Below, in pieces: positions 8,723-16,193 of a DNA stretch of 38,258 nucleotides. Source of the stretch: a virus. Lineage: Duplodnaviria; Caudoviricetes. The stretch lies in the IMG/VR virus record IMGVR_UViG_3300027751_000029, positions 1 through 38,258 of that record. One strand, given 5' to 3'. Below the pieces are notes generated by a model. It was not told the DNA's origin, searched no databases, and saw only the letters and a program-made list of their open reading frames with translations. Each line of letters starts with the position of its first letter. The stretch's first letter is position 1. The position numbers and the translations under genes were made by a program.

Positions 8723-9222
8723 TTGCGCTCGTGTGGTCTTTCCTTCGCAGTATTAATACTCGCGTATATCTTGGGATAGGCTTGTGTATTGCCACGCTAT
8801 ACGGCTTCCATATTCTCAAAACGCGATATATAGAAGAGGGTAAATCGCTTATATATCAGGAATGGAAAATAGCAGATGCCGAACGCGAGGAAAAAGCAAA
8901 CGATGCACGAATAGCAGAGCAACAGAAACAGGCCTCAATCAACGAATCAATCAAAAAGGGACATGCCCATGAACTCGCTAAAATACATACTTCCTACGCT
9001 ACTGCTAACCGCTTGCGCTTACCCTCAACAGTCTGTGATCAGTTTGCCGCCTCCGGCAAAGGCACAAGCGCCAGCGGAGGCGATGCAGCCGTTACCGGCA
9101 CCGTTGCACTTCCTGAACCGATTGAGCGCGATCTTCGGGGTTTAGCAATGGAGGCAGACACGATGCTTGCTAATTACAGAGCGCTGCAGGAGTTCGTTAA
9201 ACAAAACAGACTAGCGCCATGA
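8719..9222 (+). CDS. Rz-like inner-membrane spanin
   Basis: N-terminal TM, coiled-coil, RLRLP and EAD...RALQ motifs, follows endolysin/holin. Confidence 0.75.
   Translation: MIALVWSFLRSINTRVYLGIGLCIATLYGFHILKTRYIEEGKSLIYQEWKIADAEREEKANDARIAEQQKQASINESIKKGHAHELAKIHTSYATANRLRLPSTVCDQFAASGKGTSASGGDAAVTGTVALPEPIERDLRGLAMEADTMLANYRALQEFVKQNRLAP
8963..9145 (+). CDS. Rz1-like outer-membrane lipoprotein spanin (embedded in Rz)
   Basis: Signal peptide with lipobox LLLTAC, proline-rich mature part, nested out of frame in Rz. Confidence 0.7.
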   Translation: MPMNSLKYILPTLLLTACAYPQQSVISLPPPAKAQAPAEAMQPLPAPLHFLNRLSAIFGV

Positions 9223-9425
9223 TCAGCCTAATCCCGCTTTCAATATTCATCCTTGGCCTCGTGATGTTTTTTGACCGCGATGCATCATTTGCTCAGTGTT
9301 TCCGTGGTCTTTTCCTTATCCTCGTTGCCGTCGTGCTATTCGTCGGAATCGGACTATCTCAAATAATCCCACATGAAAAAACTAATTGTCCTCCTATTAC
9401 TCCTGCCATCCATCGCGTTATGTGA
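9219..9425 (+). CDS. Two-TM hypothetical membrane protein
   Basis: Two hydrophobic helices; ATGA coupling to Rz. Confidence 0.55.
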   Translation: MISLIPLSIFILGLVMFFDRDASFAQCFRGLFLILVAVVLFVGIGLSQIIPHEKTNCPPITPAIHRVM

Positions 9426-9696
9426 AATTGTCACTGTCGATAGTGTTACCTGCGATCTAAAACGTGACAAGCAGGGGCGCATTGCTCGAAGCAGTAAAGC
9501 GGTCAACGAGTTCAAGCGTGCTAATCCTTGCCCAGCAACAAAAAAGATTGAAAAGTCTTGCAAAGGTTATGTAGTCGATCATATCCGACCGCTTTGCGCA
9601 TGTGGTGCCGACAATACACGCAACATGCAATGGCAATTGCTTGCAGAGTCGAAGATTAAGGACAAGTTGGAACGGAAGTTATGCGGCGGTGATTAA
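9373..9696 (+). CDS. HNH endonuclease with N-terminal signal peptide
   Basis: MKKLIVLLLLLPSIALC signal; NPCP...GYVVDHIRPLCACGADNTRNMQWQ HNH core. Confidence 0.75.
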   Translation: MKKLIVLLLLLPSIALCEIVTVDSVTCDLKRDKQGRIARSSKAVNEFKRANPCPATKKIEKSCKGYVVDHIRPLCACGADNTRNMQWQLLAESKIKDKLERKLCGGD

Positions 9697-10061
9697 TCTG
9701 GAAAATTGCCAATTTCCAATCCGTAAGGCAGGTTTTCAATAGCCTGTTTTTTCCCTTCCTCCCTCCCTTGGTCTCGCGCAATCGGCAGCCATTTCTCATA
9801 TCTGCCACGATCATTTATTGATAATTCAAGTCTAACAACGGCACCATCTTTAAAAATTTACGGGAACTCAATTACTTGGCATTTATCAACAATATGATTT
9901 GCTAAATCTCGCGACAAGTCTCTCTTTATTTTTTCTCGCAGAATATGTAAATTGCCTTCAAACGTAATAATATCCCACCTAGAAATAACTCTTTCCACGC
10001 AGAGAGTCATTGGCCTAGGGCGAAAAGTTGGTTCCTCGTGAAAAAGTTCATTGTGTATCAT
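9693..10061 (-). pseudogene. Hypothetical gene interrupted by an in-frame TAA at 9858-9860
   Basis: ATG 10061 with GGGAG RBS; frame continues 54 more codons after the TAA (IFKDGAVV...QGREEGKKQA...FPD). Confidence 0.55.
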
Positions 10062-10095
10062 GCTGTTGTTCTCCCTTTCTTTGTGCGCGTGAAAT

Positions 10096-10279
10096 CCTGT
10101 GTAAATCCTGTGTAAATTGATGCGGTTTTTAGCGGTTTTAAGCGCATTCCTTCGCATCACTATCTAGCATTCATGCGGGTTAGCGGGGATTGCAGCATGT
10201 ATACCTGCCTTCACACGGCGGTGTTAAATCGTTATTTCATGCGGTTTTCCGGCTGCCCTGTGTAAATGCTAGTGTAAAT
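10096..10279. mobile_element. attP: attP site: arm-type repeats flanking a core
   Basis: CCTGTGTAAAT at 10096-10106, 10107-10117, 10257-10267 and CTAGTGTAAAT at 10269-10279 flank CTGCC-TTCACAC-GGCGG (10205-10221); downstream of int. Confidence 0.7.
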
Positions 10280-10291
10280 CATTTTAAAATT

Positions 10292-10366
10292 GGGCGGTTA
10301 ATTCAGCGGTAGAATGTCCGCCTCACACGCGGAATGCCAGTGGTTCGACTCCACTACCGCCCACCA
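10292..10366 (+). tRNA. tRNA-Val (anticodon CAC)
   Basis: GGGCGGT/ACCGCCC acceptor, ATTC/GAAT D-stem, TCCGC-CTCACAC-GCGGA anticodon arm, AGTGG-TTCGACT-CCACT T-arm, A discriminator, encoded CCA. Confidence 0.95.
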
Positions 10367-11295
10367 AATACTTTGTTTAATGCGTCTCTTTGTTTATCCA
10401 CTTTGATATGCGCGTAACGCTCACTCATGCGCGTTGTCGAGTGGCCTAGTATCTTGCTGATCGTGTGCAGGTCAACGCCTGCATGTGCCAATAAAGAGGC
10501 CGTAGAGTGTCTTAAATCGTGGAAGTGAACGTGTGGCATCCCTGCTGCCTCACGTGCGCGCCTAAAGCCTGATTTAAGCCCCTCAATATTGATCGTCATC
10601 GGTACGTACTCAAGCCACGGCAATAATTGATCGATTATCGGCACAGAGCGCATTTTAAGCGTCTTGGTATTTCCTGCTGGTATGGTGATCAAGTCGCGGC
10701 TTATATGCTCCTTGCGTAGCTTGATAATTTCCCCGCGCCGCATCCCTGTGTAAATCGCTATCCAAATTGCGGCTTTCACGTTGTCGCTGGCCTTGTCTGC
10801 GATCTCGCTTACTTGGTCAATCGAAAGATACACTTCACGCGCATTGTTCTCGACTAGCCGTTTAATTTTCTCACCGTAATTAATCGGGATCATCTCGCGT
10901 TCCCATGCTAACGATAATCCTTTCTTTAGCGTCCCAAGCGTTCGGTTGATAGTTGCTGGCTTGAGAGTAGGGGAGAGGTCACGAATCATGTTCATTGCTA
11001 CCGTCTTGGCCTCGCTTGCCTTGCGCCCTGATATGTAAGGCGCTATCCTTACCGCATGTTCTTTTGCAGACTTCGGGCTGCGTAGAGTGTCAGCGTGGAT
11101 CATGTAAAGCGCCATTACTTCGGATAATGGCGGGTCGTTCGTATATTCAACAGTTGAAACTGACTTCTTTAACTCTGCTTCGAGTGTTTCAGCGTCCTTT
11201 TTTGTTGAACCTGGTGGTAATATTCTGTGAATGCGTTGGCCGTGGATGCATACTTCCGCGTGCCAGCGCCCTTCTTTGTCTTTTCTTGTAGGCAC
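10354..11295 (-). CDS. int: Tyrosine integrase
   Basis: TGMRRGEI (R), TKT (K), HDLRH (HxxR), LGH, ERY catalytic motifs; N-terminal arm-binding beta domain. Confidence 0.95.
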   Translation of the reverse strand: MPTRKDKEGRWHAEVCIHGQRIHRILPPGSTKKDAETLEAELKKSVSTVEYTNDPPLSEVMALYMIHADTLRSPKSAKEHAVRIAPYISGRKASEAKTVAMNMIRDLSPTLKPATINRTLGTLKKGLSLAWEREMIPINYGEKIKRLVENNAREVYLSIDQVSEIADKASDNVKAAIWIAIYTGMRRGEIIKLRKEHISRDLITIPAGNTKTLKMRSVPIIDQLLPWLEYVPMTINIEGLKSGFRRAREAAGMPHVHFHDLRHSTASLLAHAGVDLHTISKILGHSTTRMSERYAHIKVDKQRDALNKVFGGR

Positions 11296-11471
11296 GATTC
11301 CCTCGATTTAAACCAATTTAATACTGATTGATAATTGTACATTTTCTTACGAATTCCTAGCGGCACAAACGGCATCCCTTCGTGCAGCAATTTTTCAAGG
11401 TGCCTTAAACTGCATTGAAGTTTATTTGCTAATGCTTGTTTAGTTAATAGGTCGTCGTTGGTTGAGCTCAT
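11169..11471 (-). CDS. xis: Excisionase-like HTH protein
   Basis: LLTKQALANKLQCSLRHLEKL..EGMP winged-HTH, overlapping the int start. Confidence 0.7.
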   Translation of the reverse strand: MSSTNDDLLTKQALANKLQCSLRHLEKLLHEGMPFVPLGIRKKMYNYQSVLNWFKSRESCLQEKTKKGAGTRKYASTANAFTEYYHQVQQKRTLKHSKQS

Positions 11472-11824
11472 CCCTTCGCCTCCACAATTATTGAGTCAGT
11501 GCGAGATCGTGCGGATCGAGCTTTCCACGCTTGCCAATTATTATGAGCAGAACTTAATGCGTATGAATCGCCCAATCTTTTTAATTCAAAATCACCGCCA
11601 GTGAACCAATTTTCAAACGCCTTACGTTCTTCCTCGTCGCTCAACTCCTGCTCTTCTTGCCCTGCTTTGACTGCTGCAAGTGCATTGGTCGCATAGTCGC
11701 GCATGTCGTCGTCCGTGAAGAGATCACAGTCAGCAAAACCGCAATTTATAAACTGCACAGCCTCACCACGTTTTATTGTCGGCTCTGGTAGTTGTGGCAG
11801 TTTTACTTGTGTTGCATCAGTCAT
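11468..11824 (-). CDS. Hypothetical protein
   Basis: LPQLPEP, LFT.D.MRDYA, ER.AFE.W...WQAWKAR motifs common in phage early genes; AAGGTG RBS. Confidence 0.7.
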   Translation of the reverse strand: MTDATQVKLPQLPEPTIKRGEAVQFINCGFADCDLFTDDDMRDYATNALAAVKAGQEEQELSDEEERKAFENWFTGGDFELKRLGDSYALSSAHNNWQAWKARSARSRTDSIIVEAKG

Positions 11825-11844
11825 CGCTCACCTTTAAATTAACA

Positions 11845-12060
11845 CTACGAAAAACACGCCCTTAGCTCGTCTATTTCATCTTGCATGTACTGCCTGACAA
11901 TTTCCGTGGTGACTATTTGATCATCGCTAATGTCACGCTCTAGACGTTCTGTATATGGCAAAATTCGCCCAAATCTAGCAACGATTGTGTCTCTGTCGTG
12001 TTTAATACAATCAGGCCTTTCGCAGTGATGGCCGCATGAATGGATGTGGTCGGTCATCAC
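11845..12060 (-). CDS. Hypothetical protein with HSC..HCERP.C motif
   Basis: Cys/His cluster; coupled to upstream gene. Confidence 0.6.
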   Translation of the reverse strand: MMTDHIHSCGHHCERPDCIKHDRDTIVARFGRILPYTERLERDISDDQIVTTEIVRQYMQDEIDELRACFS

Positions 12061-12335
12061 TCCCCCTTATATGGTTGCTCTGCAACATATTCTGGTGATG
12101 CTGCAATAGCTTTTTTAACTGCATCCCATGCATCATGTTTGCGATCACTAATACGTACAACTTCCTCTAGCTCTTTACGAGGAACGCACACAACATCTGC
12201 ACTATGAAAAGGCACTTCTAATAGCAGAGCTTGTATTTGATCCATATCTTTTTCGTACTCATACAATATATTGCAGTCGGATATAGTACGAATTCGACTT
12301 AGCACTTCCTCTAACCATTGCTCACGAGTTTTCAT
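12057..12335 (-). CDS. Hypothetical protein
   Basis: ISDRKHDAWD motif; coupled in early operon. Confidence 0.65.
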   Translation of the reverse strand: MKTREQWLEEVLSRIRTISDCNILYEYEKDMDQIQALLLEVPFHSADVVCVPRKELEEVVRISDRKHDAWDAVKKAIAASPEYVAEQPYKGE

Positions 12336-12544
12336 TATTCTGCCCTTTTAGCCGGTTTGATTTTTTTACGCAGCATTTCAGCATCTGCGGCATCCTTCTG
12401 CCCTTGCTCGTATGCTTCGGCTAATTTGCCGTCTATGTAATCAAACAAAGTTTTTATTTTTTTACCCATTTTGTTTTCATCACATAGCTTAAAATCCGCT
12501 AACAACAATGCAAATTCGCGACTATCAATCGTTGGCTTTGTCAT
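12335..12544 (-). CDS. Hypothetical protein
   Basis: TIDSREF..LL and AYEQG motifs; GAGG RBS. Confidence 0.65.
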   Translation of the reverse strand: MTKPTIDSREFALLLADFKLCDENKMGKKIKTLFDYIDGKLAEAYEQGQKDAADAEMLRKKIKPAKRAE

Positions 12545-12874
12545 TTATTCCTCAACTAAAATTGCTTGAACGTCACCGGCGGGGCGGGGGAAATTTTTCT
12601 TGACTATTTCAGCTTCATCCATTGTGTCGCATGGCGTGGATGTGTATATCACTCCATCTAAGCTGTAAGGAAATATCCACATTTCCCGCTGCTTTGGTTT
12701 CATGCGTAGATTTGGTGAATCGCTGGGCGTGTCATAAATAACTGTGTCGATCTCAGCCAATACAAGATACCCGCTTTTGCTTGCCCCAATGAAATAGCAG
12801 TCTTGCCATATACCAGAAATTTTTGATTGCACAGCCTCGCCACGTTTCGCAGCTTCTAAATCAAATTTGCTCAT
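12545..12874 (-). CDS. Hypothetical protein
   Basis: FDLEAAKRGE N-terminus typical of a phage family; GAGG RBS. Confidence 0.7.
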   Translation of the reverse strand: MSKFDLEAAKRGEAVQSKISGIWQDCYFIGASKSGYLVLAEIDTVIYDTPSDSPNLRMKPKQREMWIFPYSLDGVIYTSTPCDTMDEAEIVKKNFPRPAGDVQAILVEE

Positions 12875-13080
12875 TTATTCCTCCTCTCCAGCATTGCATC
12901 TGCTGCGTTATATGCATAATCCGCCACCAAATCTATATTTGGCGCATCCTCACTAAAAGATGCAATTGCATTTGGAGATAATGAATCGTCTTCATACCCG
13001 CCATGTGCTGAAATAAGCGCCTGCATCGCTTTAGCTGCAAAATAATCTCGCAACGTAATTTCGGTAATGTCTTCGCTCAT
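12871..13080 (-). CDS. Hypothetical phage protein (TLRDYFAAKAMQ family)
   Basis: TLRDYFAAKAMQAL...AY..ADAML..R motif; GAGG RBS, ATG 13080. Confidence 0.8.
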   Translation of the reverse strand: MSEDITEITLRDYFAAKAMQALISAHGGYEDDSLSPNAIASFSEDAPNIDLVADYAYNAADAMLERRNK

Positions 13081-13084
13081 GTTG

Positions 13085-13393
13085 TTACCTCTCTTTGCTC
13101 GGCCATGCAATTGAACGCAAATCATCTTTCTGCTGCGCGAGTGATGTTATTCGTGCTGCTGTTTGCTCCATCTCCGTAATCGTCCATCTTGCAAGCTCTA
13201 GCAAATCCGATTGACTGGCTGGCACATCATCAAAATCAGGCTGCATCTTGCGTAATATCTGAGACGCGCACGAAGTTAATTTACCGACTAGCTGCGATAG
13301 TTCTTTTTTTGCTTGCTCGTGTTCCTTGCGTATCGTTGAGTATTTTCCGCGAGCAAGTAACATGGCGTCGTCGTATTTTTCAAAGTTGATCAT
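13085..13393 (-). CDS. Hypothetical coiled-coil protein
   Basis: ATG 13393 with AGGT RBS; helical. Confidence 0.65.
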   Translation of the reverse strand: MINFEKYDDAMLLARGKYSTIRKEHEQAKKELSQLVGKLTSCASQILRKMQPDFDDVPASQSDLLELARWTITEMEQTAARITSLAQQKDDLRSIAWPSKER

Positions 13394-13397
13394 TTTT

Positions 13398-13562
13398 TTA
13401 CCTATAAAAACAAATCCAAATTCCAAGTATTGTTAAATCTATTTGGTATTTTTGTTTCGCGAATACGCACCATTTAAAATCAAGCCAGAATCGACGATAT
13501 TTAAAAATATTCATCTCGAAATCGCCAAATTTAGGCCAGCAACTTATGAATTTAATTTTCAT
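13398..13562 (-). CDS. Small aromatic-rich hypothetical protein (54 aa)
   Basis: MKIKFISCWPKFGDFEMNIFKYRRFW...ICFYR fills the gap between neighbours; below ORF-track cutoff. Confidence 0.4.
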   Translation of the reverse strand: MKIKFISCWPKFGDFEMNIFKYRRFWLDFKWCVFAKQKYQIDLTILGIWICFYR

Positions 13563-13597
13563 TTTGTAAGCCGTCTGTTAGACGGCTCCCTAGTAAA

Positions 13598-14224
13598 TTA
13601 GAAATTAACGTCCCAGTCGTCAGGCATTGCCGCGCTTGTATTCCCGTAACTTTGCGAAGTGGGGCGCGCCCCTTTAAGTTTTTTAATCGGAACCAATTGC
13701 GCTTCCATTTTTTCAAGAATTTTAGCGTCGGAATTCTCGATTAACTCAATAGCGACTTGACCTGTCTTTGCATCAAAAAAACCAGCAAACGACGGTTTTT
13801 CGCCGATACTTCCGTCTTTTTTTGCGTACTCTTCCATTTGCAGCAAGACGCCTATCGGCTTATTCATTAGCGCTTGGTAAACATCTGCAGTACGCGTAAC
13901 CATGCCGTTAGCTGTTTTGTCATATTCTTCAATTTCGGCTTTTTGTGCGGTAAGTTCTTTAGCTCTGATGCAGCGCATTAATGACATTAATTGCTTGTAA
14001 CCGTAAATTTGCTCCCCTGCTGCATTCACTGTCCACATCGTCAAATAATCCGCATTTTTCCCATTTTCAGACTTGAAAGAAAACTCAATCCCGTTTGTTC
14101 CTTTTTGGCTCGTCACTTTCTTTGCAACGGTGAAAACGCCAATATATTTCCCTGTTTCGTTAATACGCCCATTGCCTGAGTCTGCCTGTTTTGCTGCTTC
14201 CGCGTCGAATGTGTAATCGCTCAT
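13598..14224 (-). CDS. Putative single-stranded DNA-binding protein (Sak4 partner)
   Basis: Acidic-aromatic C-terminus (PDDWDVNF), beta-rich body, directly after Sak4-like ATPase. Confidence 0.6.
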   Translation of the reverse strand: MSDYTFDAEAAKQADSGNGRINETGKYIGVFTVAKKVTSQKGTNGIEFSFKSENGKNADYLTMWTVNAAGEQIYGYKQLMSLMRCIRAKELTAQKAEIEEYDKTANGMVTRTADVYQALMNKPIGVLLQMEEYAKKDGSIGEKPSFAGFFDAKTGQVAIELIENSDAKILEKMEAQLVPIKKLKGARPTSQSYGNTSAAMPDDWDVNF

Positions 14225-14880
14225 TGCTCTGTTGCTCCTGTAAGTTGGTAATAATCTTGAATTTGCGCGTCTATTGCTGCTAAATCGTTCGGGACGCGCT
14301 CCGAATCAAATAAGCCAATCGGTGTTTTAACCGTGTCATGTCCGTTATTTCTTGTGCTGAACAGGTAGTCTTTATCTGTTACGACGGTGCGCAATACGAT
14401 TGTAAAAAGACCTTCAGGGGTGATCTTGTCGTCTAACATCTTCCCGATTGTCTTGATACGAATGTCGCCTTGGTCGCTTGTTTGCGTATGACTGAGTAGA
14501 TACACGCGCACATCATCAGCAAGCGTATTGGCACAGTTAAATAGCTCCCATGCGTGCTTGGCTATCTCTGTAAATTTGTCATAACCTCGCTCGTCAGAAC
14601 GGCGCATAAACTCGTTTGCTAACACGTACTGAAAATCATCAACAACAATCACTTTGCGCTTTGTGCGTCGCATGATCGTGCTCATCGCTTGCCAGTCGTC
14701 AGAAACAAAAATATTTCCCGTTTTGTTTTTCTCTGCGTCGAAATATGACCAGCCGTTAGAGCGGAAGGGGAGTGGCTTCTTTACAACTTGTATTAGTAGT
14801 GTTTCGGCTGGGTTCATATTGCGAAGACTTGCAGTTTTCCCGCTGCCACTCTCCCCCAGCACTACCGTCGATATACTCAT
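14221..14880 (-). CDS. Sak4-like AAA (P-loop) recombination ATPase
   Basis: Walker A GESGSGKT, Walker B VIVVDD, KTIGKMLD and KTP.GLF motifs. Confidence 0.85.
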   Translation of the reverse strand: MSISTVVLGESGSGKTASLRNMNPAETLLIQVVKKPLPFRSNGWSYFDAEKNKTGNIFVSDDWQAMSTIMRRTKRKVIVVDDFQYVLANEFMRRSDERGYDKFTEIAKHAWELFNCANTLADDVRVYLLSHTQTSDQGDIRIKTIGKMLDDKITPEGLFTIVLRTVVTDKDYLFSTRNNGHDTVKTPIGLFDSERVPNDLAAIDAQIQDYYQLTGATEQ

Positions 14881-15079
14881 TTTGCTTTCCTTTAATTTGC
14901 GATTCAATTTGCTCTAGATACTCTGCTGCTTCTGCTTGGTCTCGCTCAATCTGCAAGCAAGACATTTCCTCTGCACTGCTTTCGTCGTGGTCAATCATGT
15001 ACTCTCCACGCATTGCCGCATCTAAAATTGGCTTTGCCGCCTTTTCTAGCTGCCCGTACATTTCACTTAAATTACCCAT
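14756..15079 (-). CDS. Hypothetical acidic protein
   Basis: Coupled to upstream gene, GGGG RBS; 3' part overlaps ATPase gene. Confidence 0.5.
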   Translation of the reverse strand: MGNLSEMYGQLEKAAKPILDAAMRGEYMIDHDESSAEEMSCLQIERDQAEAAEYLEQIESQIKGKQNEYIDGSAGGEWQRENCKSSQYEPSRNTTNTSCKEATPLPL

Positions 15080-15311
15080 GATCCAATCCCCTTAACTTAA
15101 AACAAACATCGTCCAACTTTTCGCGTGTTTCTTTGTGCTGCTTGCTTAAAATCTTCATTGCCTCGTGATACTGCCTGCGCACTTCTGCAACTTGCTCCAG
15201 CTCGACGTAATGACGTGCTAGAAGAGTCGATTTTTTGTAGCGCAGGAACAAAACTTTCAGGCTTGGCAGGACGGGTGCAAACAGCTCATCCAACATAGTT
15301 TTATCAGTCAT
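15072..15311 (-). CDS. Hypothetical protein
   Basis: AGGAG RBS; helical. Confidence 0.6.
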   Translation of the reverse strand: MTDKTMLDELFAPVLPSLKVLFLRYKKSTLLARHYVELEQVAEVRRQYHEAMKILSKQHKETREKLDDVCFKLRGLDHG

Positions 15312-15314
15312 GAT

Positions 15315-15434
15315 CTAAGCTCCTAAGAAAGTAGCGATGCCTTCGACGAACCAGCCAGCAAATCCGAACAACAAGAAAATAAAAACAATTGCGGCAAAGT
15401 CTTCAAGCGTTGATTTCTTGTATTTCTTGTACAT
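15315..15434 (-). CDS. Small membrane peptide (39 aa)
   Basis: MYKKYKKSTLEDFAAIVFIFLLFGFAGWFVEGIATFLGA; GGGAG RBS. Confidence 0.55.
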   Translation of the reverse strand: MYKKYKKSTLEDFAAIVFIFLLFGFAGWFVEGIATFLGA

Positions 15435-15435
15435 G

Positions 15436-15567
15436 TCATCTCCCTTTGATTAATTTCCAGCCTAGTTGCCTGCGTATTTCTTCCAGCGTCTGTTTAACTG
15501 GGTCTTTCTTGCGATCCCTGTTCATCCAGTGCCTGACTGCTTCCTTGCTTGGTTTCGTCGTCTGCAT
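15436..15567 (-). CDS. Small hypothetical protein (43 aa)
   Basis: MQTTKPSKEAVRHWMNRDRKKDPVKQTLEEIRRQLGWKLIKGR; GGGGGA RBS. Confidence 0.6.
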   Translation of the reverse strand: MQTTKPSKEAVRHWMNRDRKKDPVKQTLEEIRRQLGWKLIKGR

Positions 15568-15598
15568 CTCATCCCCCGTCTTTAGGTTTTGAAACTTG

Positions 15599-16029
15599 CC
15601 AGCACTTACGCGGCTGGACTTACGTGTTGGTAGCAGGTCGTTACCCCTGCGCGGCTTTCTTCGATTTCGCCTTCCACGTCACCACCTCGCATTTCTGCCA
15701 CTGATTTGGTGTCCGCCTACTCTTCCTCTGGCATCGCAGCCAGTCTTTACAGTTGTTTGTGTTTCTCCGAATTCAACACCGCACCAACAAAAGACACGAC
15801 TTCCACAGAATCGAACTGCGTTGCACATCCGCTTTGCATCAGCGCATACACCAGCAAATCGCGTCTCTTGTTGCCCCTCTTGCGAAGGGCTTGCTCAATT
15901 CGGACTACGCTTTCGCGCATTGAGCTGCCGATTTAGGAGTGCTATCAAATACTCTTGCCGGTTGCGTCCGGCGCTATTTTCGACACACCGTTAGAAACTC
16001 ATTGGTGCTGGTCTATTCTTAGCCGCTTG
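15599..16029 (-). ncRNA. Putative structured RNA region in the PL transcript
   Basis: Several GNRA hairpins, a canonical T-arm CGCAG-TTCGATT-CTGTG (15820-15804) inside a long closing stem, no convincing long ORF. Confidence 0.5.
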
Positions 16030-16152
16030 TTAATCTCTACATGCTTCTGCGAGGTCTTCTGCTAGTTCCCTTTGCAGTGCTTCCTCTTCGTCTTCGTCCC
16101 AGTCCGGTTCCTGCCTGTCGTACTTGTCTTGTGCTGCGTCTAGTCCGTCCAT
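16030..16152 (-). CDS. Very acidic 40-aa protein, first gene of leftward operon
   Basis: MDGLDAAQDKYDRQEPDWDEDEEEALQRELAEDLAEACRD; AAGGTG RBS. Confidence 0.6.
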   Translation of the reverse strand: MDGLDAAQDKYDRQEPDWDEDEEEALQRELAEDLAEACRD

Positions 16153-16193
16153 CTCGTCACCTTTTGTTTTGTTTGCTGCTCCAGTGACTCCAT

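Noticed and set aside
9858-9860. Genome-wide stop-codon reassignment
   Set aside because: Core genes are intact in code 11 and end in TAA, TGA and TAG; only isolated interruptions
13570-13588. Neisseria DNA uptake sequence pair (GCCGTCTG...)
   Set aside because: Does not match GCCGTCTGAA and occurs once; simply a hairpin after the SSB-like gene
15825-15850. Hammerhead ribozyme core (CTGATG)
   Set aside because: Reads CTGATGC rather than CUGANGA and lacks a correctly placed GAAA/stem arrangement
15596-15994. Plus-strand ORFs 15596-15994 and 15706-15936
   Set aside because: Antisense to the PL operon, TTG starts without RBS, unprotein-like composition
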